This document shows, one piece after another, positions 18,478-28,500 of a DNA stretch of 64,000 nt. How positions within the stretch are numbered: position 1 is the first letter of the stretch; the number at the start of each line of letters is the position of its first letter. The stretch comes from an uncultured Clostridium sp. (GTDB lineage: Bacteria; Bacillota; Clostridia; TANB77; CAG-508): NCBI GenBank assembly GCA_964370265.1, contig CAYJIP010000005.1, positions 29,915 through 93,914 of the forward strand, read 5' to 3'. The translations under genes and the position numbers were made by a program. Below the pieces are notes generated by a model. The model was not told where the DNA came from, ran no database searches, and saw only the letters and a list, made by a program, of their open reading frames with translations.

Positions 18478-19110
18478 TTATTTATATAAAAGAGTAATAA
18501 CATTCCCATTTTTTTCAATTAATCCATCATCCTTTAATAACTTTAACTCTCTCATCATAGCACTTCTATCTACACTTAAATAATCAGCTAAATCAGTTAA
18601 AGAAAATGGTAGGACTAATTTATTACTAAAATTTATAGAAGATAGAAAGGTTAAATAACTCAACAATTTATCTCTTGTAGATCTTTTTGTAAGTAATTCT
18701 ATTCTCATATTTAAACTAGTTACTTTATTTAATATTAATTCTGGTAAGTCTTCAGAAAGCACAGAGTGAAATTTGCAATTAGAAGTACATTTAGTATGAA
18801 TATCATCATAATTATAGAATAATACTGTACATTTTTTTCTAGCTTCAACTAATAATTCATTGTTAATTGTAATATGATAAAAAACTTCTCCAAATGTATC
18901 ATTTTTTGAAAAATGTTCAACAATGGTTCTATTACCATTTAAATCATATCTTACTAAATCAGCATCACCATCTAAAAGGATGCAAAACTGATTTCTTTTT
19001 GCGATATAGCTTGTTATAACTTGATCTTTTGAAAAGGTTTTCTTTTGTACTCTATGACAACTGTTTTGGAAGTCATTAATAAATTTTCGTATATCAAAAT
19101 TTAAATTCAT
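18478..19110 (-). CDS. Crp/Fnr family transcriptional regulator
   Basis: cNMP-binding-like beta-roll N-terminus and C-terminal HTH (LTDLADYLSVDRSAMMRELKLLKDDGLI). Confidence 0.8.
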   Translation of the reverse strand: MNLNFDIRKFINDFQNSCHRVQKKTFSKDQVITSYIAKRNQFCILLDGDADLVRYDLNGNRTIVEHFSKNDTFGEVFYHITINNELLVEARKKCTVLFYNYDDIHTKCTSNCKFHSVLSEDLPELILNKVTSLNMRIELLTKRSTRDKLLSYLTFLSSINFSNKLVLPFSLTDLADYLSVDRSAMMRELKLLKDDGLIEKNGNVITLLYK

Positions 19111-19327
19111 ATAAACCTCTTTTCGAATAATTATAATGTAATATAAGTGTTTTAAATATTTTTAAATTATATATCAAAATTGTGATTTTTGCAACAGAAA
19201 ATATTATTAAAATATATAATAATAAGTACATCAACAAAATAAAAATAGGTGAAGGAAAATTATATAAAAATTGTAATAAATTTGTAATAATCGACAAAAA
19301 CCTACAATAAGACGGATTACACTATTG

Positions 19328-19354
19328 TGACAAATAATTTGTTGCAAATGCAAC
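19328..19354. promoter_or_regulatory. Two adjacent palindromes (candidate operator) between the crp-family gene and nrdD
   Basis: ACAAATAATTTGT (19332-19344) and GTTGCAAATGCAAC (19341-19354), read directly. No known consensus matched. Confidence 0.3.
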
Positions 19355-19417
19355 GGAAAAAAAGGAAAATATAGATATAATGTTGATATTCAAAAATACA
19401 GGGGAGGAAGAATTGAG

Positions 19418-21544
19418 ATGAAAATTATTAAAAGAGACGGACGTGCAGTAGATTACAATAGAGAAAAAATTGAAGTAGCAATAAGTAAAGCTAACAGAGA
19501 AGTAAGAGCTAAAGAAAGAGCAACTAAGGACGACATTAAAAGTATAATATTATACATAGAAGAAATGGGTAAAAAAAGAATATTAGTAGAAGATATTCAA
19601 GATATAATAGAAGAAAAATTAATGGAAATTCAAAAATTTGAATTAGCAAAAAGATATATTGTATACAGATACACAAGAGCATTAGTAAGAAAACAAAACA
19701 CTACAGATGAATCAATATTAGGATTGATAAAAACAACTAATAAAGATGTAATGGAAGAAAATTCAAATAAAAATGCAGTAATAGCTTCAACTCAAAGAGA
19801 TTTAATAGCTGGAGAAGTATCAAAAGATCTAACAAAAAGAATGTTACTTCCAGAAAAAATCACAAAGGCTCATGAAGAAGGTGTTTTCCACTTTCACGAC
19901 ATGGACTATTTCCTACAACCTATATTTAACTGTTGCCTAATTGATATAGCTGATATGTTAGATAATGGAACAGTTATGAATGGTAAATTAATAGAAACTC
20001 CAAAAAGCTTCCAAGTGGCATGTACAGTTATGACACAAATCATAGCAGCTGTGGCAAGCAGTCAATATGGAGGTCAATCAGTAGATATTAGACATTTAGG
20101 AAAATATCTAAGAAAAAGTAAAGAAAAATTCAGAAAAGAATTAGAAGAATCATATGCAGGTAGACTTTCAGAAGAAATTATTAATGAAATAGTTGAAGAA
20201 AGAATAAAAAAAGAGTTATCAGCAGGTGTTCAAACAATTCAATATCAAATAAATACATTAATGACAACTAACGGACAATCACCATTTGTTACAATATTCT
20301 TGAATTTAGACAAAGAAGATGAATACATAGAAGAAAATGCATTAATAATTCAAGAAGTATTAGAGCAAAGATATAAAGGTATAAAAAATGAAAAGGGTAT
20401 ATATGTAACACCGGCATTCCCAAAATTAATATATGTTTTAGACGAACACAATGTTTTAAAAGGTGGTAAATATGATTACTTAACTAAATTAGCGGTTAAG
20501 TGTTCATCAAAAAGATTATATCCAGATTATATATCAGCTAAAAAAATGAAAGAAAATTATCAAGGAAATGTATTTAGCCCAATGGGATGTAGAAGTTTCT
20601 TGTCACCATATAAAGATGAAAACGGAAACTTTAAATTTGAAGGAAGATTTAATCAAGGTGTTGTTAGCTTGAATTTACCACAAATAGCAATAGTAGCAGA
20701 TGGTGATGAAGAAAAATTCTGGCAAATATTAGACGAAAGATTAGAATTATGTTTTGAAGCATTAATGTGTAGACATTATGCATTACTTGGAACAAGTTCT
20801 GATATAAGTCCTGTTCATTGGCAATATGGAGCAATAGCAAGACTTAAAAAAGGAGAAAAAATAGATCATCTATTAAAAGGTGGATATTCAACAATTTCTC
20901 TTGGATATATTGGAATATATGAAGTTACAAAATTAATGAGAGGTGTTTCTCATACAGATAAAATAGGAGAAGAATTTGCTAAAAAATTATTAAATTACTT
21001 AAATGAAATTACAGCAAAGTGGAAAGCAGAAACTAATATAGGGTTTGCAGTTTATGGTACACCAGCTGAAAGTTTATGTTATAGATTTGCAAGAATAGAT
21101 AAAGAAAAATATGGAGAAATTAAAGATATTACAGATAAAGGGTATTATACAAATTCATATCATGTTGATGTTAGAGAAAAAATAACAGCTTTTGATAAAT
21201 TAGGATTTGAAAGTTCATTCCAAGCATTATCAACAGGTGGAGCAATATCATATGTTGAAATACCAAATATGGCACATAATTTAGAAGCAATGGAAGCAAT
21301 AGTACAGTTTATATATGAAAATATTCCTTATGCAGAATTTAATACTAAATCAGATTTCTGCCATGTATGTGGATTCGATGGAGAAATTAAAATAAACGAT
21401 GATTTAGAATGGGAATGTCCAAATTGCAAAAATAAAGATAAAAACAAAATGAATGTAACAAGAAGAACTTGTGGGTATTTAGGAGAAAATTTCTGGAATG
21501 TTGGTAAAACAAAAGAAATTAAACAAAGAGTACTTCACTTATAA
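19418..21544 (+). CDS. nrdD: Anaerobic ribonucleoside-triphosphate reductase
   Basis: ATP-cone N-terminus, C-terminal Zn-ribbon CHVCG..CPNC, and glycyl-radical motif RRTCGYLG. Confidence 0.95.
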   Translation: MKIIKRDGRAVDYNREKIEVAISKANREVRAKERATKDDIKSIILYIEEMGKKRILVEDIQDIIEEKLMEIQKFELAKRYIVYRYTRALVRKQNTTDESILGLIKTTNKDVMEENSNKNAVIASTQRDLIAGEVSKDLTKRMLLPEKITKAHEEGVFHFHDMDYFLQPIFNCCLIDIADMLDNGTVMNGKLIETPKSFQVACTVMTQIIAAVASSQYGGQSVDIRHLGKYLRKSKEKFRKELEESYAGRLSEEIINEIVEERIKKELSAGVQTIQYQINTLMTTNGQSPFVTIFLNLDKEDEYIEENALIIQEVLEQRYKGIKNEKGIYVTPAFPKLIYVLDEHNVLKGGKYDYLTKLAVKCSSKRLYPDYISAKKMKENYQGNVFSPMGCRSFLSPYKDENGNFKFEGRFNQGVVSLNLPQIAIVADGDEEKFWQILDERLELCFEALMCRHYALLGTSSDISPVHWQYGAIARLKKGEKIDHLLKGGYSTISLGYIGIYEVTKLMRGVSHTDKIGEEFAKKLLNYLNEITAKWKAETNIGFAVYGTPAESLCYRFARIDKEKYGEIKDITDKGYYTNSYHVDVREKITAFDKLGFESSFQALSTGGAISYVEIPNMAHNLEAMEAIVQFIYENIPYAEFNTKSDFCHVCGFDGEIKINDDLEWECPNCKNKDKNKMNVTRRTCGYLGENFWNVGKTKEIKQRVLHL

Positions 21545-21561
21545 GAAAAGGAAAATTTAAT

Positions 21562-22023
21562 ATGAACAAATATATGCAAATAGCAAAACAAAATGCAGAT
21601 AATGGAATCGAAAAGCAAGAAGGTGGACCTTTTGGAGCTGTAATTGTTGATGAAAAAGGAATAATTATCGCAAATGGTAATAACAGAGTTTTGAAAAACA
21701 ATGATCCTACAGCACATGCAGAAATAGTTGCAATAAGAAATGCTTGTGAAAAATTAGGTACATATGATTTGTCAGGTTGTACATTATATACATCATGTGA
21801 GCCTTGTCCAATGTGTTTATCAGCTATAATATGGGCCAATATTAAAACTGTATATTTTGGTAATACAAAAAAAGATGCAGCAGAAATTGGTTTTAGAGAT
21901 GATATGATATATAAATACTTAGAAGGTAAACAAAATGACTTATTAGATTTAAAACAAATTGATAGAGAAGAATGTATAAAAACATTTGAAAAATATAAAA
22001 AAGAAAATGGAATAATATATTAA
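21562..22023 (+). CDS. CMP/dCMP-type nucleoside deaminase (guanine deaminase / TadA-like)
   Basis: HAE (HAEIVAI) and PCPMC zinc-binding motifs. Confidence 0.8.
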   Translation: MNKYMQIAKQNADNGIEKQEGGPFGAVIVDEKGIIIANGNNRVLKNNDPTAHAEIVAIRNACEKLGTYDLSGCTLYTSCEPCPMCLSAIIWANIKTVYFGNTKKDAAEIGFRDDMIYKYLEGKQNDLLDLKQIDREECIKTFEKYKKENGIIY

Positions 22024-22032
22024 TAATATAGA

Positions 22033-22070
22033 ATAGTAGGAGGATTTATTAAAATCACCCTACTATTTTA
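22033..22070 (+). terminator. Intrinsic terminator after the nrdD-deaminase unit
   Basis: ATAGTAGG / CCTACTAT stem followed by TTTTA. Confidence 0.6.
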
Positions 22071-22147
22071 TTGAATATTAATTAATATAATGATATATTG
22101 ATAAAGTAAAAATAATATTGAAAAACAATAATTGGAGAGAATATATA

Positions 22148-23101
22148 GTGAGTATAAAAATAAAAAAAGTAGTAAATGTAATTAGTATAATCATTTTAAC
22201 AATAATTGTTGCACTAATAATTGGATTAGCTATATATATAAATATAATAGATATTACTACAACTATACCAAAGAAATTTTCAGCTAATCATAATATTGTA
22301 ACAGAAAATATCATGGGCAGAAATGTGTTTGTAATATCAGATGATAAAAACATTAATTTAGAAAATATGAAATATATAGGTCAAACAGAAAAAATAATAA
22401 TATATTTTCATGGTGGCTCATATTTTGGAAATGGAACAGAAGATCATTTTGAATTAATTGAAAAAATGATTAAAGATACTAATGCGATAGTAATATTTCC
22501 TGATTATCCTTTAGCACCAAAACATGATTATGAAGATGTATTTAACATGCTAATACCAATGTATGAAAGTATTCTATCAGAAGTAAATAAAGAGGAAGTT
22601 TCAAAAGGAATTGAAATAGAAGTAATCTTGCTGGGAGATTCATCAGCAGGAGGAATGGCACTAGGACTATTACAAGAATTGAGTGAAAACAATAAAAATG
22701 AATATATGCCAGATAAAACAATACTAGTTTCGCCACTTTTAGATGTAAGGTTAGAAAATTCAGAAATAAAAGAAATAGAGAAAAATGATGATATATTAAA
22801 TAAAGAAGTATTACAACTAGCAGGTTGGTTTTATGCAGGTGAAGACGGAATGGAATCACATTTAGTTAATCCTATACTAGGTTCTATGGATGGAATAGAA
22901 AATTTAACTATTTTTACCGGAACATATGACATATTGAATGCGGATATAGATATTATAGTAGAAAAAGCAAAATCACAAGGTGTAGAAATAGAGATAAAAG
23001 AATATGAAAAAGCAAATCATGTTTGGTTTATAGAAAATAGTTCAAGTGAAGAGTTAAACCAAAAAGGTTATCAAGATATGATAGATGTTATTAATAGATA
23101 G
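22148..23101 (+). CDS. Alpha/beta hydrolase (esterase/lipase, HGG + GDSAGG type) with N-terminal TM anchor
   Basis: FHGGSY oxyanion motif and GDSAGG nucleophile elbow. TGGAGAG RBS favours GTG 22148 over the track start 22118. Confidence 0.75.
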   Translation: MSIKIKKVVNVISIIILTIIVALIIGLAIYINIIDITTTIPKKFSANHNIVTENIMGRNVFVISDDKNINLENMKYIGQTEKIIIYFHGGSYFGNGTEDHFELIEKMIKDTNAIVIFPDYPLAPKHDYEDVFNMLIPMYESILSEVNKEEVSKGIEIEVILLGDSSAGGMALGLLQELSENNKNEYMPDKTILVSPLLDVRLENSEIKEIEKNDDILNKEVLQLAGWFYAGEDGMESHLVNPILGSMDGIENLTIFTGTYDILNADIDIIVEKAKSQGVEIEIKEYEKANHVWFIENSSSEELNQKGYQDMIDVINR

Positions 23102-23132
23102 AAAAAGAGAAAAGAAAAAAGATAACAAAAAT

Positions 23133-23180
23133 AAAAAATAAAAACAATATTTTATTTATAAAATGTTGTTTTTATTTTTT
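23133..23180. terminator. Bidirectional intrinsic terminator
   Basis: Long AT-rich stem AAAAATAAAAACAATATTTTAT / ATAAAATGTTGTTTTTATTTTT with one mismatch. Confidence 0.6.
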
Positions 23181-23244
23181 TGAATATTAATTATATAGCA
23201 CAAAGTATTTAGAGTATATTAGAGTATTAATATTAATTTACTGA

Positions 23245-24000
23245 CTATTTAGGATTACAGAATTGAGCTATTAATTGTTCTCTGCAAAGATTTTCAAAAG
23301 TGTCATCTAATTCATTTAATTTCATATCTTCATTATATTTTTTATCTAAACAATATTTTATAATATAGTCTGTTAAAACAGGATTTTTTGAAAGAAGGGG
23401 ACCATGTAAATATGTTGCTAGGACATTCTTGTTAAAAAAGCCTTCTTCAGTATCTTCAAATTTATTTCCATTTCCAGATAATACTTTTCCAAATGGATTA
23501 TTAATATTAAATGTTTGTCCACCATGATTTTCAAATCCAATTATTTTTATTGGTGTTTCTAAAGTATTATTTAAATTTGTTTCAATAACTATATTTCCAA
23601 TACATCTTTTTTTTCTATCATTAATAGCTTCTGTGTAGTAATCAAATATTTCAAGTCCTGGAATTATATTTCCATCCACATCTTTGTAGTATTTACCAAA
23701 TAATTGATAAGCACCACAGATTAATAAGAAAAATACGCCATTGTCAACAGCAGTTTTAATATTATCTTTAAGTTTGAGTAAATCAGAAGCAAGTATACCT
23801 TGTTCTTGATCAGCACCACCACCAGCGAAGACTAAGTCAAAGTCACTGAAATTAGGAATAGGGTCTCCAATTGAATATGGAGTTATATTTGTAGTTATGT
23901 TTCGTTGCTCCAATCTATATTTTAAAACTTGCATATTACCAAAATCACCATAAAGTTCTAAAATATCAGGGTAGAGATATAGTATTTTTAATTCTTTCAT
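23245..24000 (-). CDS. gatD: Lipid II isoglutaminyl synthase, glutaminase subunit (CobQ-type GATase)
   Basis: N-terminal LYPDxLxLYGDxGN pattern. Lies immediately downstream of murT. Confidence 0.8.
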   Translation of the reverse strand: MKELKILYLYPDILELYGDFGNMQVLKYRLEQRNITTNITPYSIGDPIPNFSDFDLVFAGGGADQEQGILASDLLKLKDNIKTAVDNGVFFLLICGAYQLFGKYYKDVDGNIIPGLEIFDYYTEAINDRKKRCIGNIVIETNLNNTLETPIKIIGFENHGGQTFNINNPFGKVLSGNGNKFEDTEEGFFNKNVLATYLHGPLLSKNPVLTDYIIKYCLDKKYNEDMKLNELDDTFENLCREQLIAQFCNPK

Positions 24001-24010
24001 AATTTCTCCT

Positions 24011-25333
24011 TTATTTATTGTTTAATTTAAATAATTCTGCTCTAGTAGGTTGTAAAGAGGTATAATTTGCAATTACATATTTTTTTACATCAGTTTCATA
24101 GAGTTTTTTAGTAGCTTCTTCTAAATTTAAAAAAGCGTGTATTTTAGATGGATTAAAACCAGCAGTTTTAATTCGTATAGCAATATCATATCCACGTGTT
24201 CCACCAGTGACTATTCTTGATACATTATTTAAACTAGAAAAGTCAATATCCCAAATCCATGAAACATCTTTACCATCAGCAATATTATCATTTAAAACAA
24301 AAAATAATTCTTTTTCATCATTATCTTCATTTAATATTCGAAGACTTACATTCGCACCAGTAGGGTTTTTAGCAAGATTAATTATTGTTGTTACATTATT
24401 AATTAAAATATCTTCGTGTCTACCATTATTTAATACAAATTCAGATACAGACTGTTTTATAAAGTCTTCTGGTACATTGTGAATAGTTGCGCATGATATT
24501 GCAGCCGTAAAATTATATATATTATATATACTATTAAAGCGTATATTATATTTTGTATTATCGATAGTAAAAGTTTTATTTTTCAAATCAACATTAGTTG
24601 CTAATTTATATATTGGATTATTACCATATCCGCAATTAGGGCAATTGAAATCACCTATATGGGAATATTGATAATATTCATATTCAAGACGTGAATTGCA
24701 AAATGGACAAAATTTACCTTCACCAGCTTCTTTCATATCTGTTGTAGCAAATTCATATTTCTCAACACTGAAGAAATGAATATTTTGATTATTAGGGTTA
24801 CTTGATGCTAACCTAGCAACATTAGGGTCATCAGCATTTAATATTAAATTACCATTATATGTTTTTAAAAATTTATTTATTTTTAATATTAAAGATTCTA
24901 CTTCACCATTTCTATCTAATTGATCTCTAAAGAAATTTAATATAACAAGAGTTGATAAGGGGAAGTCTTTAAATAGTATAGGAATATATCCTTCATCAAC
25001 TTCAAAAACTAAGTAATCAGCCTTTATTTTACCAGTTAAAGAAGAATTTTTTATAAGGGTTGATAATATTCCAGTTTCCATGTTGTTACCTTCTGTATTA
25101 CTAATTACTTTTTTACCAGCTGTTTTAAAAATATGTCCAATTACATTATTTGTCATAGTTTTACCATTGGTAGCACTTACAGCAATAACAGGGCAATCTA
25201 TTTTAAAATATTTAAAAATTTCAGGATTCCAGTCAAAAGCAATTTTTCCTAAAAAATTACCACCTTTTTTACCAGCTATTTTTAAAATAATATTTAATAT
25301 TTTCATTATTAATAATATAAAGAAATTTTTCAT
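24011..25333 (-). CDS. murT: Lipid II isoglutaminyl synthase, Mur-ligase-like subunit
   Basis: Mur ligase P-loop (ATNGKT), Cys4 ribbon CPFC..CPNC, and DUF1727-like C-terminus. Confidence 0.8.
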   Translation of the reverse strand: MKNFFILLIMKILNIILKIAGKKGGNFLGKIAFDWNPEIFKYFKIDCPVIAVSATNGKTMTNNVIGHIFKTAGKKVISNTEGNNMETGILSTLIKNSSLTGKIKADYLVFEVDEGYIPILFKDFPLSTLVILNFFRDQLDRNGEVESLILKINKFLKTYNGNLILNADDPNVARLASSNPNNQNIHFFSVEKYEFATTDMKEAGEGKFCPFCNSRLEYEYYQYSHIGDFNCPNCGYGNNPIYKLATNVDLKNKTFTIDNTKYNIRFNSIYNIYNFTAAISCATIHNVPEDFIKQSVSEFVLNNGRHEDILINNVTTIINLAKNPTGANVSLRILNEDNDEKELFFVLNDNIADGKDVSWIWDIDFSSLNNVSRIVTGGTRGYDIAIRIKTAGFNPSKIHAFLNLEEATKKLYETDVKKYVIANYTSLQPTRAELFKLNNK

Positions 25334-25592
25334 ATGTTTTGTCCTTTCAAATCTATATAATTATTTTAGTTTATATAGTTACCTGATTATATCATAGACT
25401 AAAAAATGATGTAAAGTTATTTGAGAAAATATAGAAAAGAATCACAAAAATCCAGTTAGTAAAAAAATAGCAGTTTTATTTTTATTCTTATTTCATTAAT
25501 ATTTCATTCTAATTTTATTTGTATTTCTATTGACTAAAAAAAATATTATATATAGAATAAAGAAAACAGAAGAAAAATAAGTAGGGGGAAAA

Positions 25593-28500
25593 ATGAAAAA
25601 TAAAAAGGGGAAACTAAAACTGTGTATAGGAATTTTAATATTATTTATAGTATTATTTAATGCAAAAGTGTATGCAGAAGAAATCGAATTGAAGGTAGAA
25701 ATGCCTAGTAAAGAAATGAATAATGGGTTTATTCCAAGTGTTCTTAAACCAATATATTTTGAAGATGATGAAGAAAGTAATGTGATAGATAATGTTTTTA
25801 CAAGAGCAAATACAGTATATTCAAATACATTAGTAAAATATGATTTAAGAACAATTATACCAGAAAACTTAAATGTAAAAAATCAAGGTTCAACAGGTTT
25901 TTGCTGGGCATTTACAGGGATAGCAGTGTTAGAGACAAGGTTAGCTTTAAATGATATGGTAAATAGCAGTGCACTAAAGGTATATGATTTTTCTGAAAAA
26001 CACATGGTATATTCATCTGCTAAAAATTCGTTTTTGAATGGTGAAATAAATGAAACAGGTATTATTGAGGATTTGAGTGCAGGAGGAACAATGTTAAATG
26101 TACAAAGTTATTTAACAAATGGTAAAGGTGCAATATCAGAAAGTGATATGCCATTTATTGATTCACAAGAAGATATAAATATCCAGAGTTTATATAATAA
26201 AGATGTACAATCTACAGTTCACGATACAATTTTCTTAGAATCAGCAGAAATACATGAAACAGAAAAAGTAGAAAAAATAAAAGAAGAGATTAAACAATTT
26301 CTTAATACAAGCGGAGCATTATATATGGGGATTCATGGAGCAAGTCCCTTTGGTGATTCGGAGATATATAACAATGATACAGGAGCCCTATATACACCAA
26401 GCCTCGATTTATACCCTATAAATCATGCAGTGACAGTAGTTGGTTATGATGACAACTATAGTAAGGAAAATTTTGTTGATACAAATAAACCAACTATAGA
26501 TGGAGCTTGGATTGTAAAAAATTCATGGGGAGAAACTATTACAGTTGGTACAATAGATGAATATAAACAAATATTATATGAGCAAAATACATCATATTTC
26601 CAATCAATAGGATATACTAATTATTCTCAAATACCAGACGATATTACAATAGAAACAATTATAAATAATGGATATATATATAATGCAGAAAAAAGAACAT
26701 TAGAACTTGAGATTGGTGATAGTGGATATATGTACGTTTCATATCAAGATCCATCAATATATTCCGGAAACACATGGGGGATAGAAAAAGCAGTAAATGA
26801 AAAAGACTACAATAACATATATAAATTAGAATACAACGAACACGACTATATGGAAGTTCTTAATACAAGAAATGTTAAATTAGCAAATGTGTTTACACGA
26901 AATACAACTGAAGTAGAATATATTGATAGAGTTGCTATTTCATCATTATCAGAAGCACAAAATTGTAAAGTATATATGAACCCGAATGGAAGTAGTAAAA
27001 ATGAAGAAGATTTAATAGAAATAGATATAGTAACACCAAAATCAAATAATACAGTAGATATTGAACCTGGGTTCACAACAATAGAATTTACGAATCCAGT
27101 AGAAGTAAGTAGTGATACATTTACAGTCGTTATAGAAATATCAAATGAAGCCGAAAATGCAATATATTATTTCGAGAGTAATCATATGGGTGAAGTTAAT
27201 AAAAACGAAAGCTTTGTATATGATGAAATAAACAAAAAATGGATAGATATAGGAGATTCAGCAAATGTTGATACAATTGGAAATTTACCAATAAAAGCAT
27301 TTACAATAGATGTAGAGCCAATACTAACTTCAATAGAAATAATATCAAGTCCAACTAAAAGTATATATTATGAGGGAGAAAATTTTGATAAAACAGGACT
27401 TAGGATAATGGCAAACTATAATACGTACAGTGAGAAAGAAATAACAAATTTCCAAGTTATCAGTGGAGAAAATTTAGTTGAAGGACAAGAGACAGTAGTA
27501 ATAAGATATACTGAAAATGGAGTTACTAAAGAAGTAAGTGTAAACATCACAGTAAACCCGAATTCAGTATTATTAGAAGAAATAGAAATATCAACAACTC
27601 CGGATAAAGTTATATATATTGAAGGAGAAAATTTTGATAAAACAGGAATGGAAGTAAAGGCTGTTTATTCAAACAACACTAAAAAAGATATAACTAATTA
27701 TACAGTAGTGAACGGAAGTAATTTGAATCTAGGACAAACAAGTGTAATAATTAGATATGAAGAAAATGGAGTAATAAAAGAAAAGAACGTAGCAATTACA
27801 GTAAATCCAATGCCAGTAGTTTTAGAAAAAATTGAAGTATCAACAAATCCTAATAAAGTGATATATGTAGAAGGTGAGAATTTTGATAAAACAGGAATGA
27901 TCATAAAAGCAATATATTCAAATAATAATAACAAAGAAATAACTAGTTATACAGTAGAAAATGGGACAAATTTAACTAAAGGTCAAACTAATGTTAAAAT
28001 AAAATATACAGAAGCAGGGATAAGTAAGGAAACAACAGTTGATATTGTTGTAAATGAAAAAGAAGCAGATACAGTATATTTAGCAGGACTAATTATATCA
28101 ATAAATCCAGATAAGACGAATTATCTAGAAAGTGAAGATTTTGATAAAACAGGAATGATTGTAAAAGCAGTATATTCAGATGGAAGCCAAAAAGAAATAA
28201 CAAACTACACTGTAGAAAATGGAGAAAATTTACAAGAAAACCAAGAAAGTATTTCAATAACATATTCAGAAGGATCTATAACTAAAAAAATAAATGTGGA
28301 AATAATAGTTGAGAAAGGCGAAGATGTAGAAAATGTAATACTTCTAGAAATTCAAATAAGTCAAAATCCAGATAAGACAAATTATGTAGAAGGTGAGAAT
28401 TTTGATAAAACAGGAATGATTGTGAAAGCAATTTATTCAGATAATTCTGTAAAAGAAATAACTAATTATATAATAGAAAATGGAGAAGATTTAAAAGAAA

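Noticed and set aside
18315-18497. 60-aa plus-strand ORF between hisS and the crp-family gene
   Set aside because: Spans the bidirectional terminator hairpin and overlaps the 3' end of the convergent gene. No RBS.
19094-19297. 67-aa minus-strand ORF upstream of the crp-family gene
   Set aside because: Overlaps the regulator start codon and RBS, lies in the promoter spacer, and gives a low-complexity hydrophobic translation.
19317-19332. Possible NrdR box (TTACACTATTGTGACA) upstream of nrdD
   Set aside because: Only one ACAC-type half-site is present. Arm spacing does not fit the 16-nt NrdR palindrome as I remember it, and no second box is found at the expected ~31-nt distance.
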